Positions 46,611-59,965 of a stretch of 64,000 nt of DNA are shown piece after piece. This DNA is from Squalus acanthias. Its lineage: Eukaryota. The position numbers and the translations under genes are program-made. The stretch spans positions 125,676,001 through 125,740,000 of the forward strand of contig CM059432.1 in the NCBI GenBank assembly GCA_030390025.1, given 5' to 3'. The notes under the pieces were generated by a model. It was not told the origin of the DNA, made no database searches, and saw nothing but the letters and a program-made list of their open reading frames with translations. Position 1 is the first letter of the stretch; each line of letters begins with the position of its first letter.

Positions 46611-48063
46611 CGCCAAGGAGAAGGCCCACCACCTTCTCAGGAGAATTGGGGCGGGCAATAAATGCAGCCTTGCTAGAATCTCCATTTTGAACAAATAATC
46701 CATCAAGATATTAAAAACGGTGAGTGGCCTTAACGTTGTAATGCAAATGCACCTGCAGGTGGAGCTGGGAGGATGTGACTCAGTGCTATTTCCACTAAAG
46801 TTACATGACAGGGTCCTGAATTCTCCCCCACCCCTCCAAATATTTAGTGTTTATCTTCATTATTTTCAATAACTTATCCCAATTAGTTCAAACTCTCTCC
46901 TTCGCTTAAACTTTATCTAACTGCCAAAACATTGAAACTCAATATCCCCAAAAGACAATTTTTTTTGGCTGAAGCAGCAAATGACACGCGCCTTCAGCAG
47001 TAGATCCGCATTTAAATCACCTTGACTTGTAACTGCACAGAACTGTAAATGGACCATCACAATCTTGAAGTGTCAAGTTAAAAACTCCTGCGTGTCCTTC
47101 CTAAAGTCACCCAATACCTCCCAACACCACTCCCTACCCACTGCAATCTTCCCCCACCCCCAAACAAAGAAGCCATTCAAGTCTTTGCCCACCACGAGCA
47201 CAGACCTCTGCCACACCGGCCCCCAGTGAAAAGGTAAATGGCTCATCCTCTCCAATGAAAATGGGCCCTGGCATAGCACCACCCATCCTTTCTAACCAGG
47301 CGCACCCACTTTTTCCAGTGATCTGTATACATTTTGAATTCCCATTTGAGTTTGCTGCTCTTAGCCAGAGTAGTAGTTTGACAGCTACAGTTGGATTTAG
47401 TAGCCTGGGTTTGGGGAGAAGGGAGAAAAATATGCATTTGTATATGTTGAGCAAGTACAAGTTCAGTTGTGATTCATCCACAATGAAGGAGCTTCCCAAA
47501 ACTTACCATCTAGGCTGACATGGAGAATAACCACCAGGAAGATGTACTACAGAACTATTGTTCAGCAAGTCAGCACCTTCCATTTGGGAAAGGGGGGGGG
47601 GGGGGGGGGGGGTGAGGAGAAAGAGAGGAATGCACCATTTTCCAGTATACCCATTTAGAAGTCACATTTGGAGAAAATCCAGCAGATAAAGACCTATCCC
47701 ATCAATAGTAGATCACAAAATGTCAGGTCCCAGGAAAAAGCCATGGATCCACAGGTAAGCACAACATACTTCTTCATTTCAGAAATAGAATGCCAAACTC
47801 AGACTGAAAACTACACAATTCATTTCTAGTTTAACATATTACATTTACTGCAACACCATACTGATCTTTCAAGTTGACAATTTAGACAAACTAAATGCAT
47901 GGAACATTGTGCCAGAAAACTAAAACTGCTCAAATTAGTTCTTTTTAAATTGTGAAGTTGCAATTATCTTCTCCATGCAAATTCCTAGAGCAAGTTTCAG
48001 TAGTTGGTTTCACAAGTATGACGAGATCTATACCCCAACTAAACATTTCATGTTTCAACATAC

Positions 48064-48187
48064 CTTTCTTGTCATCCCCAGCAGCCACTTCAGCTAAGTA
48101 ACGATAGTAATCTCCCTTCATTTTCAAGTAGAAAACTTTGCTCTCTGGTGCAGAAGCATTGGCAATCAAGTATTTATCAAGAAGACC
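48064..48187 (-). CDS. ywhab: 14-3-3 beta-like, coding exon 2 (124 nt)
   Basis: cag|GGT CTT CTT GAT AAA TAC...[42 protein letters not shown]|gtatgt. Phase 0 in, phase 1 out. Confidence 0.96.
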
Positions 48188-51100
48188 CTGTTAATTTGAA
48201 GGAAAGGACACAGATTAAAATGTAGCACCCAATAAGGGCATCGTTTTAGAGGTCTGTAAATAATGATTATCGACTATCTTTAATGCATCTCTGTTTTACA
48301 CAGGTTTCCACATTACGATGATTCAAATGTCAAGAAATTAGAAATTTTGTAAGATTTTCCATTAAAACATTTTGCTCACAATCCTGTAACATAAGAAATA
48401 TTGGATTATAGTGTAGACAAACCACTGACTATATTCCATAGTGATAGTCTGCCAAATCAAGGGAAACATTAAGGACACTATTCCTTTAGAGTTAGTACTA
48501 TGTTGGCCATGAAGTATTGCCCACCTCAACATCTTATTCTCCTTTACCACCCCAACTCTATCAAAAACAAGCTTGAGTACAATCGCATGGGTTGCAGTAG
48601 ATCTCCAGGATCTCAGCTCTTCACATGTAGGCTGGGATTGTAATTATCAACGAGTTATTTACTTTTTCTGCCGGGGGTGGGGGAGGGAAGAGGAGGAAGG
48701 GAGGGAAGAAAATTGGGACGTTACAACTAAGAATTTTCCTCACCCATCCTCACCAGAAATCTACATATACACGCTGTAGCAGCTCACCGGCTAGTCAGGA
48801 ACAGAAACAGAAACACTGGCTGATTGTATTATCCTCCTCTCCCGCCCCGTGGAGTCAAACTGTCACCTCACCTGACAACTTAATTCAGCAGCAGCTGGGA
48901 ATTTAAATTGGGTAAGAAAGAACTAAACAATGAAAGATCTTATCTACAGCGGCTACTAAATTCATTCTCTAAATTAAAATTTAAATTAAACCAAAGTAAA
49001 ATTTTATCAAATATTGGAGGTGGGCAATTACAACCTAAAGGTCAGGAGATAAGATAGCAGCACTCAACATACTGACCATTTGTACAAAGATAAAAGCACA
49101 CAAATTACTGTTAGCCCATTGTATTTAGAAAACAGGTTTACAGCATCGCCACTCGATGCAGACGACTGAGGTTCAGTTCCCAACAGGAAAATTATAATTT
49201 TCTGACCGGCGGAATGGGCCAAATGTCCCCCCCACCTCTGAAATTTGATTATATGCAATTGCTTTGCAGATAGAATTATGAGGCTATATATCCTGGCCAA
49301 AAAGATGGCCAGCACAAGTGGAATGTGTCCCAACTTTCCCTGGGTAGTTACTGAAAGATGAAGGGAGAAGGGGTGGAGAAGTTCACCAGCTCTGTTGGCC
49401 GAAACAAGAGCACACAGGGAAACAGTCTAGAAAAGAAACAATAGTCTTAAGTGAGACAAACTCACTTGGTACAAGATTCAAACCTCAGGTAGGTATTAAT
49501 TGCCACGTGAAAGGTTTGCTTTTCCACATGCCTTTGATGTAGCTACATACAGAGTGCTCAGCCAAGCTTTCCTCCGAAAGGTGAGCAACAGCTGCCACTG
49601 GAACAGGTTGTGTTAGCCAAAGTCAGACAGCTAGAAATGAAGTGCAATACTAATCACCTGAAGAACTTCTACAATAGTTGAAAAGTTAAGTTTTAATCCA
49701 TTATAAAAAGGAGGAAACTTAGGAGCTAAACTAGAGACATTGAGGACTTCCTCCTTTCTAAAGCAGATCCCATCAAATGCACAAATGTCTCAAGGCCACA
49801 TTTTCCTTGCTAGCAAGTTACTGGGATGCTTAATCATTGGCAAGAACTGGATGATGTAGCATTACTCAGTGCAGATTAACCCATCTCATTGCCACTGTTC
49901 CACTGACCTTCGGGAACAATGGCGTGAGATATTTGGATAATGTTGCACAAAGATCGGAGTCTTCACGTGACAGATTTACATGGCTGGACTTCATTATTCT
50001 GGAGGGTGCCCACTAACATTCTGCTCCCTACAAGGTATTGAGCAGTTATGTCATCACCAGTAGCACACATGCATGGTTTAGTTGCAAATTCCAACAGGCA
50101 TTGCATCCAGCACCAATAAAACTGTCATCAAACCTGCAAGCAGTGCTGCAATACCATTAGGTTGGGAAAACATTCAAGCTGCATGGCCCAAAAGCACTCC
50201 AGCACTGTATTGACTACCTAGGACTTCAGTGAGGATGCCCCAAAAGGCTCAAGATTTACCAGACTACTTCCAGAACTGAAGGCAAAATAGCATTTGCAAA
50301 ACAAAAATTAAGGTGTAGTTAACTGTGATCATTCATTTTATTACTGTCTTGAGCTGTCCTTGGCCCTACTCTCGAACTCCTCCCCAAAACTCTTCTGCAG
50401 CCTTTCTTCTGGCTGAAAAGCCTCCTCAACCACTTCAGGCATGCTATATTTCATCTCAATTTCTATTATTGCTTGGTGTCAGTTTCATCTCTGAAGCATT
50501 GAGACATATATTACATAAAGTCACAAAGCAGTGTGGAACGGAGAATCTGATGGGGGCCAGCGTGCTCATTTCACAGTGATCCTGAATTTCAGTGACTGAA
50601 AAACCTGACCTCTGCAGTTGAGCCACGCAAAATTTATTTTTGAGACACCCCTCGGAACAGATTATCAAGCACAGGAATACAACTCATCTACCAGGAAAAA
50701 AATGGGTCAAGACAACACAGGCGCCCTAAATTTTGGAGTAGGAAGTGCGATGACTAAAAACTGCTGACAAGTAAATGGAATGAATATAGCATCAGAATTT
50801 TAGCTCTTTTAAAAAACCACCTTGTACTAATTTGGATTTTAATTGACAGATTGGATTGTGTGAACTTTTTTTTGTCCCATATGCAGCAATAAGGCAAGTG
50901 GCAATACAGTGGTTTGATACTTTTAACACTACTAGATTTGACTTTTTGTTGAGTTTTAAAGGGGCATTGCAAAATCATGAGTCATAGAAATTGACATACA
51001 CGAACTTTCACCAATGCTATTTGGTAGGCGGTGACCAAAGCCCATTGAGTCTCCCTTCTCACCCCGCTTGAATTAAAAAAAATTACAATTAAAACCACCT

Positions 51101-53779
51101 TTGAAATGCATCTTAAACTGGTCAAAACAAGAAATCTTAATTCCTTGATCAACACTATAGTACTGTACTCCTAAATCCCACAGATCAATTCTAACATTCC
51201 CAGGCTTTATTTATTCAGAATAGGAGATCCATAACAAACCATCACATTCTTCAGCACAAAAGGTAGCTAGTGATTCAGGAAGCCTTTTTTGCTTCTTCAA
51301 GCAAAGGCAGAGTCCAACTTTGTCCATAATTAGAGTATTACAACTTTTACTATTACACCCAAACAGATTAAAAGCCACTGGGGGAAAAAAACTCCAGTTT
51401 GAAGAGTGGCTTGAAAGCAACCTTCAAGTTATCTCAGGTGATCCATTAATGGTACAGTTGCCAATATTCTATTGAAAAAAATCCCCAATTAGATTTAGGT
51501 TAAAGCTTTGAAAAGCAAGAGAGGGAATTTTGCTAAATGCCAACTTAGGTACAACACAGGGACAGACACTGTAGTAATCATCATGACTATTACCAAAGTC
51601 AAAATAGTTACACTGAGATCAAGCATATTAGTTATGTTAAACTCAAAAGGACTTTCCATAAATAGTCCCAACAATAAAATCTACCCTATATCTGGAGCAT
51701 ATTGTTTTAGATTTAAATAATTAATTGCACAAAGACCGCTCATATACAAAAGATATGAAACCCAGTTAGCATACTTGCTGCACTTCATTGATGAAACACG
51801 ATAATATATTCACTGGAATTTTAATCTGGAGCAGCTAGACCTACAGGAAAGAGTTCTGCAAGATCCCTCAATTCTTTTCTTCAGTAGAATCTCACATATC
51901 TCACTCCCAGCTAGCTAGAATGCAGTTCCAACCTCAAATTTACTTTTAACAAAAAGAGAATAATCATAAAATGGTCTAAATCAGCTGGTTAGAGTTCACA
52001 ATCACACCAATGCCAGTACAGATCATGTTAGCTTGAAAGTGGTGCTACATTGGCATTTTACTCACACCCACAGTCTAATTTGTTAGGAGCAAGAATAAGC
52101 AGATTTGTTATGGGGTTAAAAAGGGTTGGAATAAATGGGATACATTAGCTGGCAAAATTAGTTTAAAGAGAACAGAAATGTGCAAAATTGGGAAAGATAA
52201 AATGGATTGGCCCAGAAGGCAATCACTACGCTATACCTTTCAGTGGTGCCAAGAGAAAACAAGATACTTGTGCAGGCAACTTCCACACTGATTAAAGGCA
52301 TCAGCAATGTGCAGGTGTGCTAGCTCAAATTTACTATTCAGTGGCACTTTTTACTGGAGCACTAGAATGCCCTTCAAAGGCATTTGACATGTGATTTCAA
52401 TAACTGCCTCCAACTTATTAGATATCCTGCCATATATTACTTGATGGTTCTTTTCACCTCAACATTTCTCCTTGATTTTCCACGAAGATAAAAGATCACA
52501 ATTTTATTGTACTGCTCTAAACAGAGCAATAAAACCAGGAACATTTTTGTTTGGACTTTGTTCAAGGAACTAACAGAGTCCAAGGACTAGGGTAGCACCT
52601 CACATGGAAGACAGTAGAAAGTCAGAAAAAAAGTGTATCCTACTGACCATAGACAGTTAGTACACCAATCTACAGTTCCACATTTGCACTGATTCTCAAT
52701 TAATAGTTTAGATATTTACTGTGAAATGCAATAAACAGGGTGGGAAATAAAGAGATCCAAGAATTTTGCTCCTGATTGCCACCTTATTGTCCCTGTTGGA
52801 ACGTAGATGTGCACTTTTCTCAACTTGAAATTGTACTTACTCCATCAGCACTAAGCATATTGACGCACTAGTTAGGAATAAGTAGTGTCTGCGATCGCAA
52901 GCTGCACCAATTGAACATAGATGTGCAAGTACATGATCAGATTCAGCTATGATTCATTCATGCGCAACTGTGTAGGCTCATATGAAAAATGGCCACTTGG
53001 ATGGTTAGCTAGGGAACCCCAGGATGACTCAGTGCATCGAAATGGGAAAAACAGGAGAAATTGGAAGGGAAGACTATGTAATTATTACAGCCCCTCATCA
53101 ATAATACTAGAGATTTCTGCTGAACTCTCTCCAGTGACTCCCAGCCAGATGAAATGGTCTTCTATTCAGCCTCTGTTCATAAATACCCTTCAGCATCCTC
53201 CCATTGAGTATGTACATCCATTCCTTGTGTTTCCTCCAAAAATGTATATTACATTTGCCCATATTAAATTACACTGCCACCCATCTGCCCATTTTGTTGA
53301 ACTTTATACGTTTTAACATATAGGCACAACCAGATGGCCCAGCAGCGTCAGAAATTGTTCAAATACAGATGGTCTTTATGCATGAGATTTTTGAATTAGA
53401 ACATGGATTTACTGTATAGATAGAATGTACACCATGTACTTTTTGCAAACGGTGTCCAGCATCAACAATTCTAGGATCAGGTATAGTTTGCATTAGCGCA
53501 AGAGATGGAGTCCTCCTGTCCTAGAATATGCTTTAACACCGTAGAAGTTTACATAATTATATTTCGCATTGCCAATCAGAAATTATGTTCAAGTAGTTTG
53601 TTTACTGAATTCTGGGTAGTTTATGCTATGGCACAGACTTTACATCTACAACTGGATTCAAACTGACCAACAGTACTTCTTAGGACCTGAACAGGTTAAA
53701 GCTTATTAAGCCATACAAGTTCACCACATGACTTTCTCGACTTGTGACATGCTCAAGGAAAGTGATGTACAGTGGATCC

Positions 53780-56020
53780 CTCACCTCTCCTATAAAATCC
53801 ACATTCACTACTGGCCCCTAAAGTCCCACCCTGATATTCTACCTCCTTTCATCCCTGTGCTTCTGCACTGAGCGAATACTCAGCCCAGTAATTTCAATCT
53901 CCATCTCAACTCACCTTGCCCCCTCTCCTCGGATTTCACAGCCCCGTCCTCCTCTTTCCATATAAACTCTCCCACACGTATTTACAGCCACCCATTTGAC
54001 CTTACCAGCTCACGTGGCCTCACTACTCGCATGGTCTCAATTCCTGAAAAGGTCACCTGACCACTTCCCGTTACCCACATATCCCATCTCCTGCCAACCC
54101 CATTTCCTTCTGCACCCGCCCATCACCCTAGTCACTTCCAAGCTGCAAACTACCAAGCCTTAGGACTGCATTCGCCATTATATTTCTGCAGCTGCCAATC
54201 TGCTTAACCACTCTCTCGCTTCAACCTTTGATATCCAGTAAAACCTTTAACTCCCCTTCCGGTGCTTCCCATGGTATGGTCCTCATCTTCACTCCCGCAG
54301 GTCCAAGGGATGCAGATTTCAGTGTATCAACTGTTAAGACTTGCATTTCTGTAGCCCCCTTCATTGCCTTGGAATGTCCCAAAGTGCTTTCCTGCCAATG
54401 AAGTACTTTTGAAGTGGTTACTGTTGTGATGTAGTAGACATGGCACCCAATTTGCATACAGCCAAGTCACACAAACAACAATGTGATAATGAGCAGATAA
54501 TCTGTTTTAGGAATGCTGGTTGAGGGATAAATAGTGGCCAGGACACCCGAGATGGTATACGGAGCGTCGGTTTAACGCCTCAACCGAAAGATGGCACCTC
54601 CAGCAGTATAACACTCCCTTAGTACTGCACCAAAGTTTTAGCCATCCAGCACTAGATCTGCCTCTGCAAAAACCTCACTATTCCAGAATCAAGATTAACC
54701 TGACTCCTGAAGGCCCTCTCCCTCCTAGCACAAGCTCATGACATTTTTTTGTCACAAAGATCGAGACCACCTGTTCAGTTGTCTACCGAGACAAATGACC
54801 CCACCCCACTGAAGCCCTGAACCCACATCTTGCTCTAGTTTTTCTATTTCCCCTCAAACGCTGAGCTCATCTTGTCCATGAGACCCACCTTCTGTTCCCT
54901 TGACCACATTCCCAAACTGCAGTCCAACCATTGGTCCCCTCAAAAAAAAAGCCACCTTTGACCCTCCACTTGCAAACTATTGCCAATCTTCAAACTACCT
55001 TTTCCCTTCAAAGTCCTTAAAATCCATGCTACTCTTTTCCCGCAACTGCATATTTGAATCTTTTCACTTTTACCTATGTAATCATAACCAAAGCTCCTCC
55101 AGCAATGGCTTCTCTTCCCACCTCCACACAATTACCTGAGGTCCCCAAAAATCTATCCTTGGCCTCCTCATCTACGTGCCTCTTGGCGACACCATGTGAA
55201 AACATGGGATCAGCTTCCACATGTATGTTGACAACACCCAGCTCGCCCTCTCCACCACTTCACTCTCTACCGCTCTCCTGCATCTGTATTGCCAGAATGC
55301 TCGTCTAATATCCAGTTTTAGATGAGCCACTATCTGCCACGATTAAAACATTGGGAGAACCCAAGTCATCATTTTCAGGCCCCGCCACAAACTTGCCACC
55401 AATTCCATTCCCTTTCCAAGTTTGAACCAACCCGTTTGCAACCTCAGTGCCCTATTCAACCAAGCTGAGCTTCCGACACATCCTCTCCATCAAAGGCCGC
55501 CTACTGCTGCCTCCATAACATGGTCTACGTCTGCCCCTACCACAGCTCATCTACTGCCGATATCCTTATCCATGCCTTTGTCTCCTCCATTTCAATGCTC
55601 TCCTGCCAGGTCTCATTCTCCATAAACGTCAGCTCATCCAAAACCCTGCTGCCCATATACTATCACCTATTACGCACCAGGTGCCACTCACGCGTTACAG
55701 TTCTTGCGACTAGTTCCTCCAACATGTCCAATTCAAAATCAATATCCTTATGTTTAAAACCCTTCATGGTCTCACCTCTTCCAATCTCTAACCATCTCCA
55801 ATCCTTAAATACCACCTCCCCAAAAAACTCCATCTCACTCTGGCATCATGCACCCCCCCTTCACCCCATCATTGATAGCTGTGTCTTCAGCCATCTAGGC
55901 CCCAAGCTCTGGAATTCCATTCCCAAACACCTCTTTACCCTTCAAGACCTTCCTTAAAACCAACCTCCTTGACCAAGTTTTTGGGTACCCCATCTAATTT
56001 GTTCATCTTTGGCTCAGTGT
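53780..56020 (+). mobile_element. Degenerate L2 LINE fragments with a DeuSINE inserted at ~54335-54640 (-)
   Basis: ILIHAFVSS, SHLGPKLWNSIP. The Deu-domain-like gttgagggataaat..ggccaggacacc..ggtttaacg..ccgaaagatggcacctcc is present. Confidence 0.7.
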
Positions 56021-56024
56021 CCAT

Positions 56025-56585
56025 TTTGAGAGATTACATCAAGTCTACAGCACAGGAACAGGCCACTCGGCCCACCTGGTCTGTGCCGGTGATTATGCTC
56101 CACACAAGCCTCCTCCCAACCCTCTTCATTTAATCCTATTAACATAGCCTTCTATTCCATTCTTCCTCATGTGTTTATCTAGCTTATCCTTAAATGCATC
56201 TATGCTATTCGCCTCAACTACTCCTTGTGGTAACGAGTTCCACATTCTTACCTCTCTTTGGGTAAAGAAGTTTCTCCTGAATTCCCTATTGGATTTATTA
56301 GTGACTATCTTATATTTATGACCTCTAGTTTTAGACTCCCAAAAGTGGAAACATTTTCTCCACGACCACCCTTTATAACATTTTCATAATCTTCAAGACC
56401 TTTATCAGGTCACCCTTCTAGAGAAGAGACCCAGCCTGTTCAGTCTTTCCTGATAAGTATACCCTCAGTTCTAGGATCATTCTTGCAAATATTTTTTGCA
56501 CCTTCTCCAGTGCCACTATATTCTTTTTATAATATGGAGACCAGAACTGTTCACAATTCAAGTGTGGTCCAACCAAGGGTCTATT
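56025..56585 (-). mobile_element. CR1 3' fragment
   Basis: gagttccacattcttacc..aagaagtttctcctgaa.., ggagaccagaactg..caagtgtggtcc. Confidence 0.8.
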
Positions 56586-56649
56586 ACAGTTTTGTAAAGC
56601 ACCTTGGGCATCTTTTTATATTAAAAGTGCTATATAAATGCAAGTAGCT

Positions 56650-57745
56650 GAAATAAAATCCTCCTCCACCACCTCTCCTCCATTATCCAGCTGGAGCTGG
56701 GTGGGATTGCACTCATCTGGTTCCATTGTTATCTATCCAGTCATAGCCAGAGAATCACCTGCAATGACTTCTCTTCCCACTCTCCCTCCTACTTCTGGAG
56801 TCCCCTCCCTCTGATGTCTCATCTATATGCTGCCCCTCAGACATCATCCAAAAATACATCAGGTGACAACACCCAGCTCTACACCACCACCACTCTTTAG
56901 ACCCATACACTGCCTCCGATTTGACCGGCTTCTTGTCTGACATCTAGTAATGGAAGAGCAGAAATTTCTTCTAATTAAATATTGGGAAGACCAAAGCCAT
57001 GGTTTTCAGTCTCCATCACAAGTCCTATTCCCTAGCCACCGACTCAAACCCTCTCCCTGGCCACTGTCTCAGGTTGAACTAGACCGTTCGCAACCTTGGC
57101 GTCGTACATGACCCTGAGCTGAGCTTCAGAACCCCATATCCTCTCCATCACCAAGTAACTTCCACCGCCGTAACATTGCACATCTCCACCCCGCATCAGC
57201 TCATCTGCTGCTGAAACCTTCATCCATGCCATTGTTAGCTCTAGAGTCAACTATTCCAATGCTCTCCTGGTCAGCCTCCCACCTTGCACCCTCCGTAAAC
57301 TTGAGCTCACTCCAAACTCTGCTGCCCGTATCCTAACTCTCACCAAAGCCCCGTTCACCCATCACCATGCCCTCCGACCTACATTGGCTCCCCGGCCAGC
57401 AAGCTTAGATTTTAAAATTCCCATCCTCGTTTTCAAATCCCTCCATGGCCTCGCCTCTCCTTATCTCCAAGCTCCTCCAGCCCTACAACCCTCCTAGATC
57501 TCAGCACTCCTCCAATTCCGGACTCTGAGCACCCATATTTTCTTCGCTCCACCCTTGGCAGCTGTGCCTTCAGCTGCCTAGGCCCCAAGCTCTGGAATTC
57601 TCTCCCTAAACCCCTCCTCCTTAAAACCTACCTCTGCCTATCCTAATATCTCATGTGGCTCGGTGTCAAATTTTGTTTGATAATGCTCCTGTGAAGTGCT
57701 GTGGGGCATTCTACTATGTTAAAGACACTATATAAATTCAAACTG
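56650..57745 (+). mobile_element. L2 3' fragment
   Basis: Closely similar to 14432-15662 without the Penelope insert. Confidence 0.85.
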
Positions 57746-58108
57746 CTATTCTGAAGAGGCCAGTTTTAAGAGTACCGTGAAGTTGGGGTAGCTCCATCCT
57801 TGAACAGTGTGGATGAACACTGAAAGATTGGTGCATATACACAGCAGATACATCAGGGAAACAGAAGTGAGTTGATTCCACCATTTTACCAAATTAATTA
57901 AATTGAATGTTTCAACACAGGATTTACTGTACCACATGCACCAAAACATCCAAAATGGTGTTTTACAATCTAAGCTGCATCTAACCAACCCGAATTATTT
58001 TAACGGAGTGACTGCTGCCAATGACCAGAAGCTGCGCAGAAGCTTATTGCGCACTCCCAACAACCGGAAGCATGAGGTTTCTGCTTTTTTACATAAACGA
58101 TTACGCTA

Positions 58109-58934
58109 ACCAGCGCGCTCCCTTCCCGGCTTCTTCACCAGCGCGCTCCCTTCCCGGCTTCTTCACCAGCGCGCTCCCTTCCCGGCTTCTTCACCAGCGC
58201 GCTCCCTTCCCGGCTTCTTCACCAGCGCGCTCCCTTCCCGGCTTCTTCACCAGCGCGCTCCCTTCCCGGCTTCTTCACCAGCGCGCTCCCATCCCGGCTT
58301 CTTCACCAGCGCGCTCCCTTCCCGGCTTCTTCACCAGCGCGCTCTCTTCCCGGCTTCTTCACCAGCGCGCTCCCTTCCCGGCTTCTTCACCAGCGCGCTC
58401 CCTTCCCGGCTTCTTCACCAGCGCGCTCCCTTCCCGGCTTCTTCACCAGCGCGCTCCCTTCCCGGCTTCTTCACCAGCGCGCTCCCTTCCCGGCTTCTTC
58501 ACCAGCGCGCTCCCTTCCCGGCTTCTTCACCAGCGCGCTCCCTTCCCGGCTTCTTCACCAGCGCGCTCCCTTCCCGGCTTCTTCACCAGCGCGCTCCCTT
58601 CCCGGCTTCTTCACCAGCGCGCTCCCTTCCCGGCTTCTTCACCAGCGCGCTCCCTTCCCGGCTTCTTCACCAGCACGCGCGCTCCCTTCCCGGCTACTTC
58701 ACCAGCGCGCGCGCGCTCCCTTCCCGGCTTCTTCACCAGCGCGCGTGCTCCCTTCCCGGCTTCTTCACCAGCGCGCTCCCTTCCCGGCTTCTTCACCAGC
58801 ACGCTCCCTTCCCGGCTTCTTCACCAGCGCGCGTGCTCCCTTCCCGGCTTCTTCACCAGCGCGCTCCCTTCCCGGCTTCTTCACCAGCGCGCTCCCTTCC
58901 CGGCTTCTTCACCAGCGCGCTCCCTTCCCGGCTT
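58109..58934. repeat. 28-bp CpG-rich minisatellite (accagcgcgctcccttcccggcttcttc), ~29 units
   Basis: 20 near-identical 28-bp units (58109-58668), then units with (GC)n expansions of 32-34 bp. Confidence 0.97.
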
Positions 58935-59784
58935 GTAAAAAAATGTTTAACAAACCCGCTCCCGCGACGAACTGGCAGCACGCATGCGCAGACCGCTTCC
59001 GGTTTGTTGGCAACAGTGGTGTCCTAGTTTTAAATGGGCTGGGGGGAAGGGGTAAAGGGAAAGGAAGAGAAGTATGGCACCTTAATTTGAGTAGGTGAAA
59101 GTTGCAGAGCACTTACCCAAAGCACTTACGGAAAGTTAAAGTACATTGTAGAAGTGGAATCTTGTTTGTGCAACCTATTCATTTAACCAGGACCCTTGAT
59201 GTGAGCCACATTAAGAGATGGTTCAGAGTAAAAGCACTGCCTCACGTGATACTGAACCATACAGACCAGCAAGGTCACAGGTTCTGTATAGTTGGTTGTC
59301 AACAATTAGGGTGCGATAATTTAGCTCAGCATCTGTGATAAGGAGGAAAAAAAACCAAGGGGAGAAAACGAGAAGGGCCCAAAAAAACAGGAAAAAATCC
59401 AAGTAGCTCCAATAAGGAGTTGGCTAGTGTCAGTCACCAAGTTTGAATGAGAACTCCCATTTTTACATTTAAACCCATGTACATTTTAGGGCTATTCAAA
59501 GAACTCAGCATATCCATTTCTTATCTTGAGTATGTAAAAGAAAAGCTTTTAAAATCTGATTTTTAGATCAAAATCAGGAGGGGGGTCATGGATTATCAGA
59601 CAACAGATTCAGCACATCAGAACAAAAACATGCAAAAAATGCTAGTGTGCAATGCAGCTCCATAGAACTACAAAAAAAAGTATGTTACTGTAATAGTAGA
59701 CAATAATCCTATTTACTATTGTGTTAAATGATCATTCAAACTGGAAAATTCCAAATCTTCACAAGATAGTGAAAACCTCGAATT

Positions 59785-59965
59785 TTGCCACCAAAAGGTT
59801 GTGGAAGTTGGGTCAATTGAAATTTTTAAGCCCAAGATTGATTTTTGTTAGAAAAGGGGTATGGATCAAATGCAGGTAAACTGAGTTGAGGTACAGATTA
59901 GTCATGATTTGACTAAATCGTGGAGCAGGGTCAAGGGGCAGAATGGCTTCCCGCTTGTTCCTATA
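59785..59965 (+). mobile_element. CR1 3' tail fragment
   Basis: aaaaggttgtggaagttgggtcaattgaa..ggagcagggtcaaggggcagaatggc. Confidence 0.7.

Noticed and set aside
58109..58934. CRISPR-like array (28-bp repeat)
   Set aside because: Units are directly adjacent with no unique spacers, there are no cas genes, and the context is eukaryotic.
58021..58938. 305-aa ORF (and overlapping ORFs) with repeated peptide
   Set aside because: By-product of a stop-free 28-bp repeat cycling through all three frames; no independent coding evidence.
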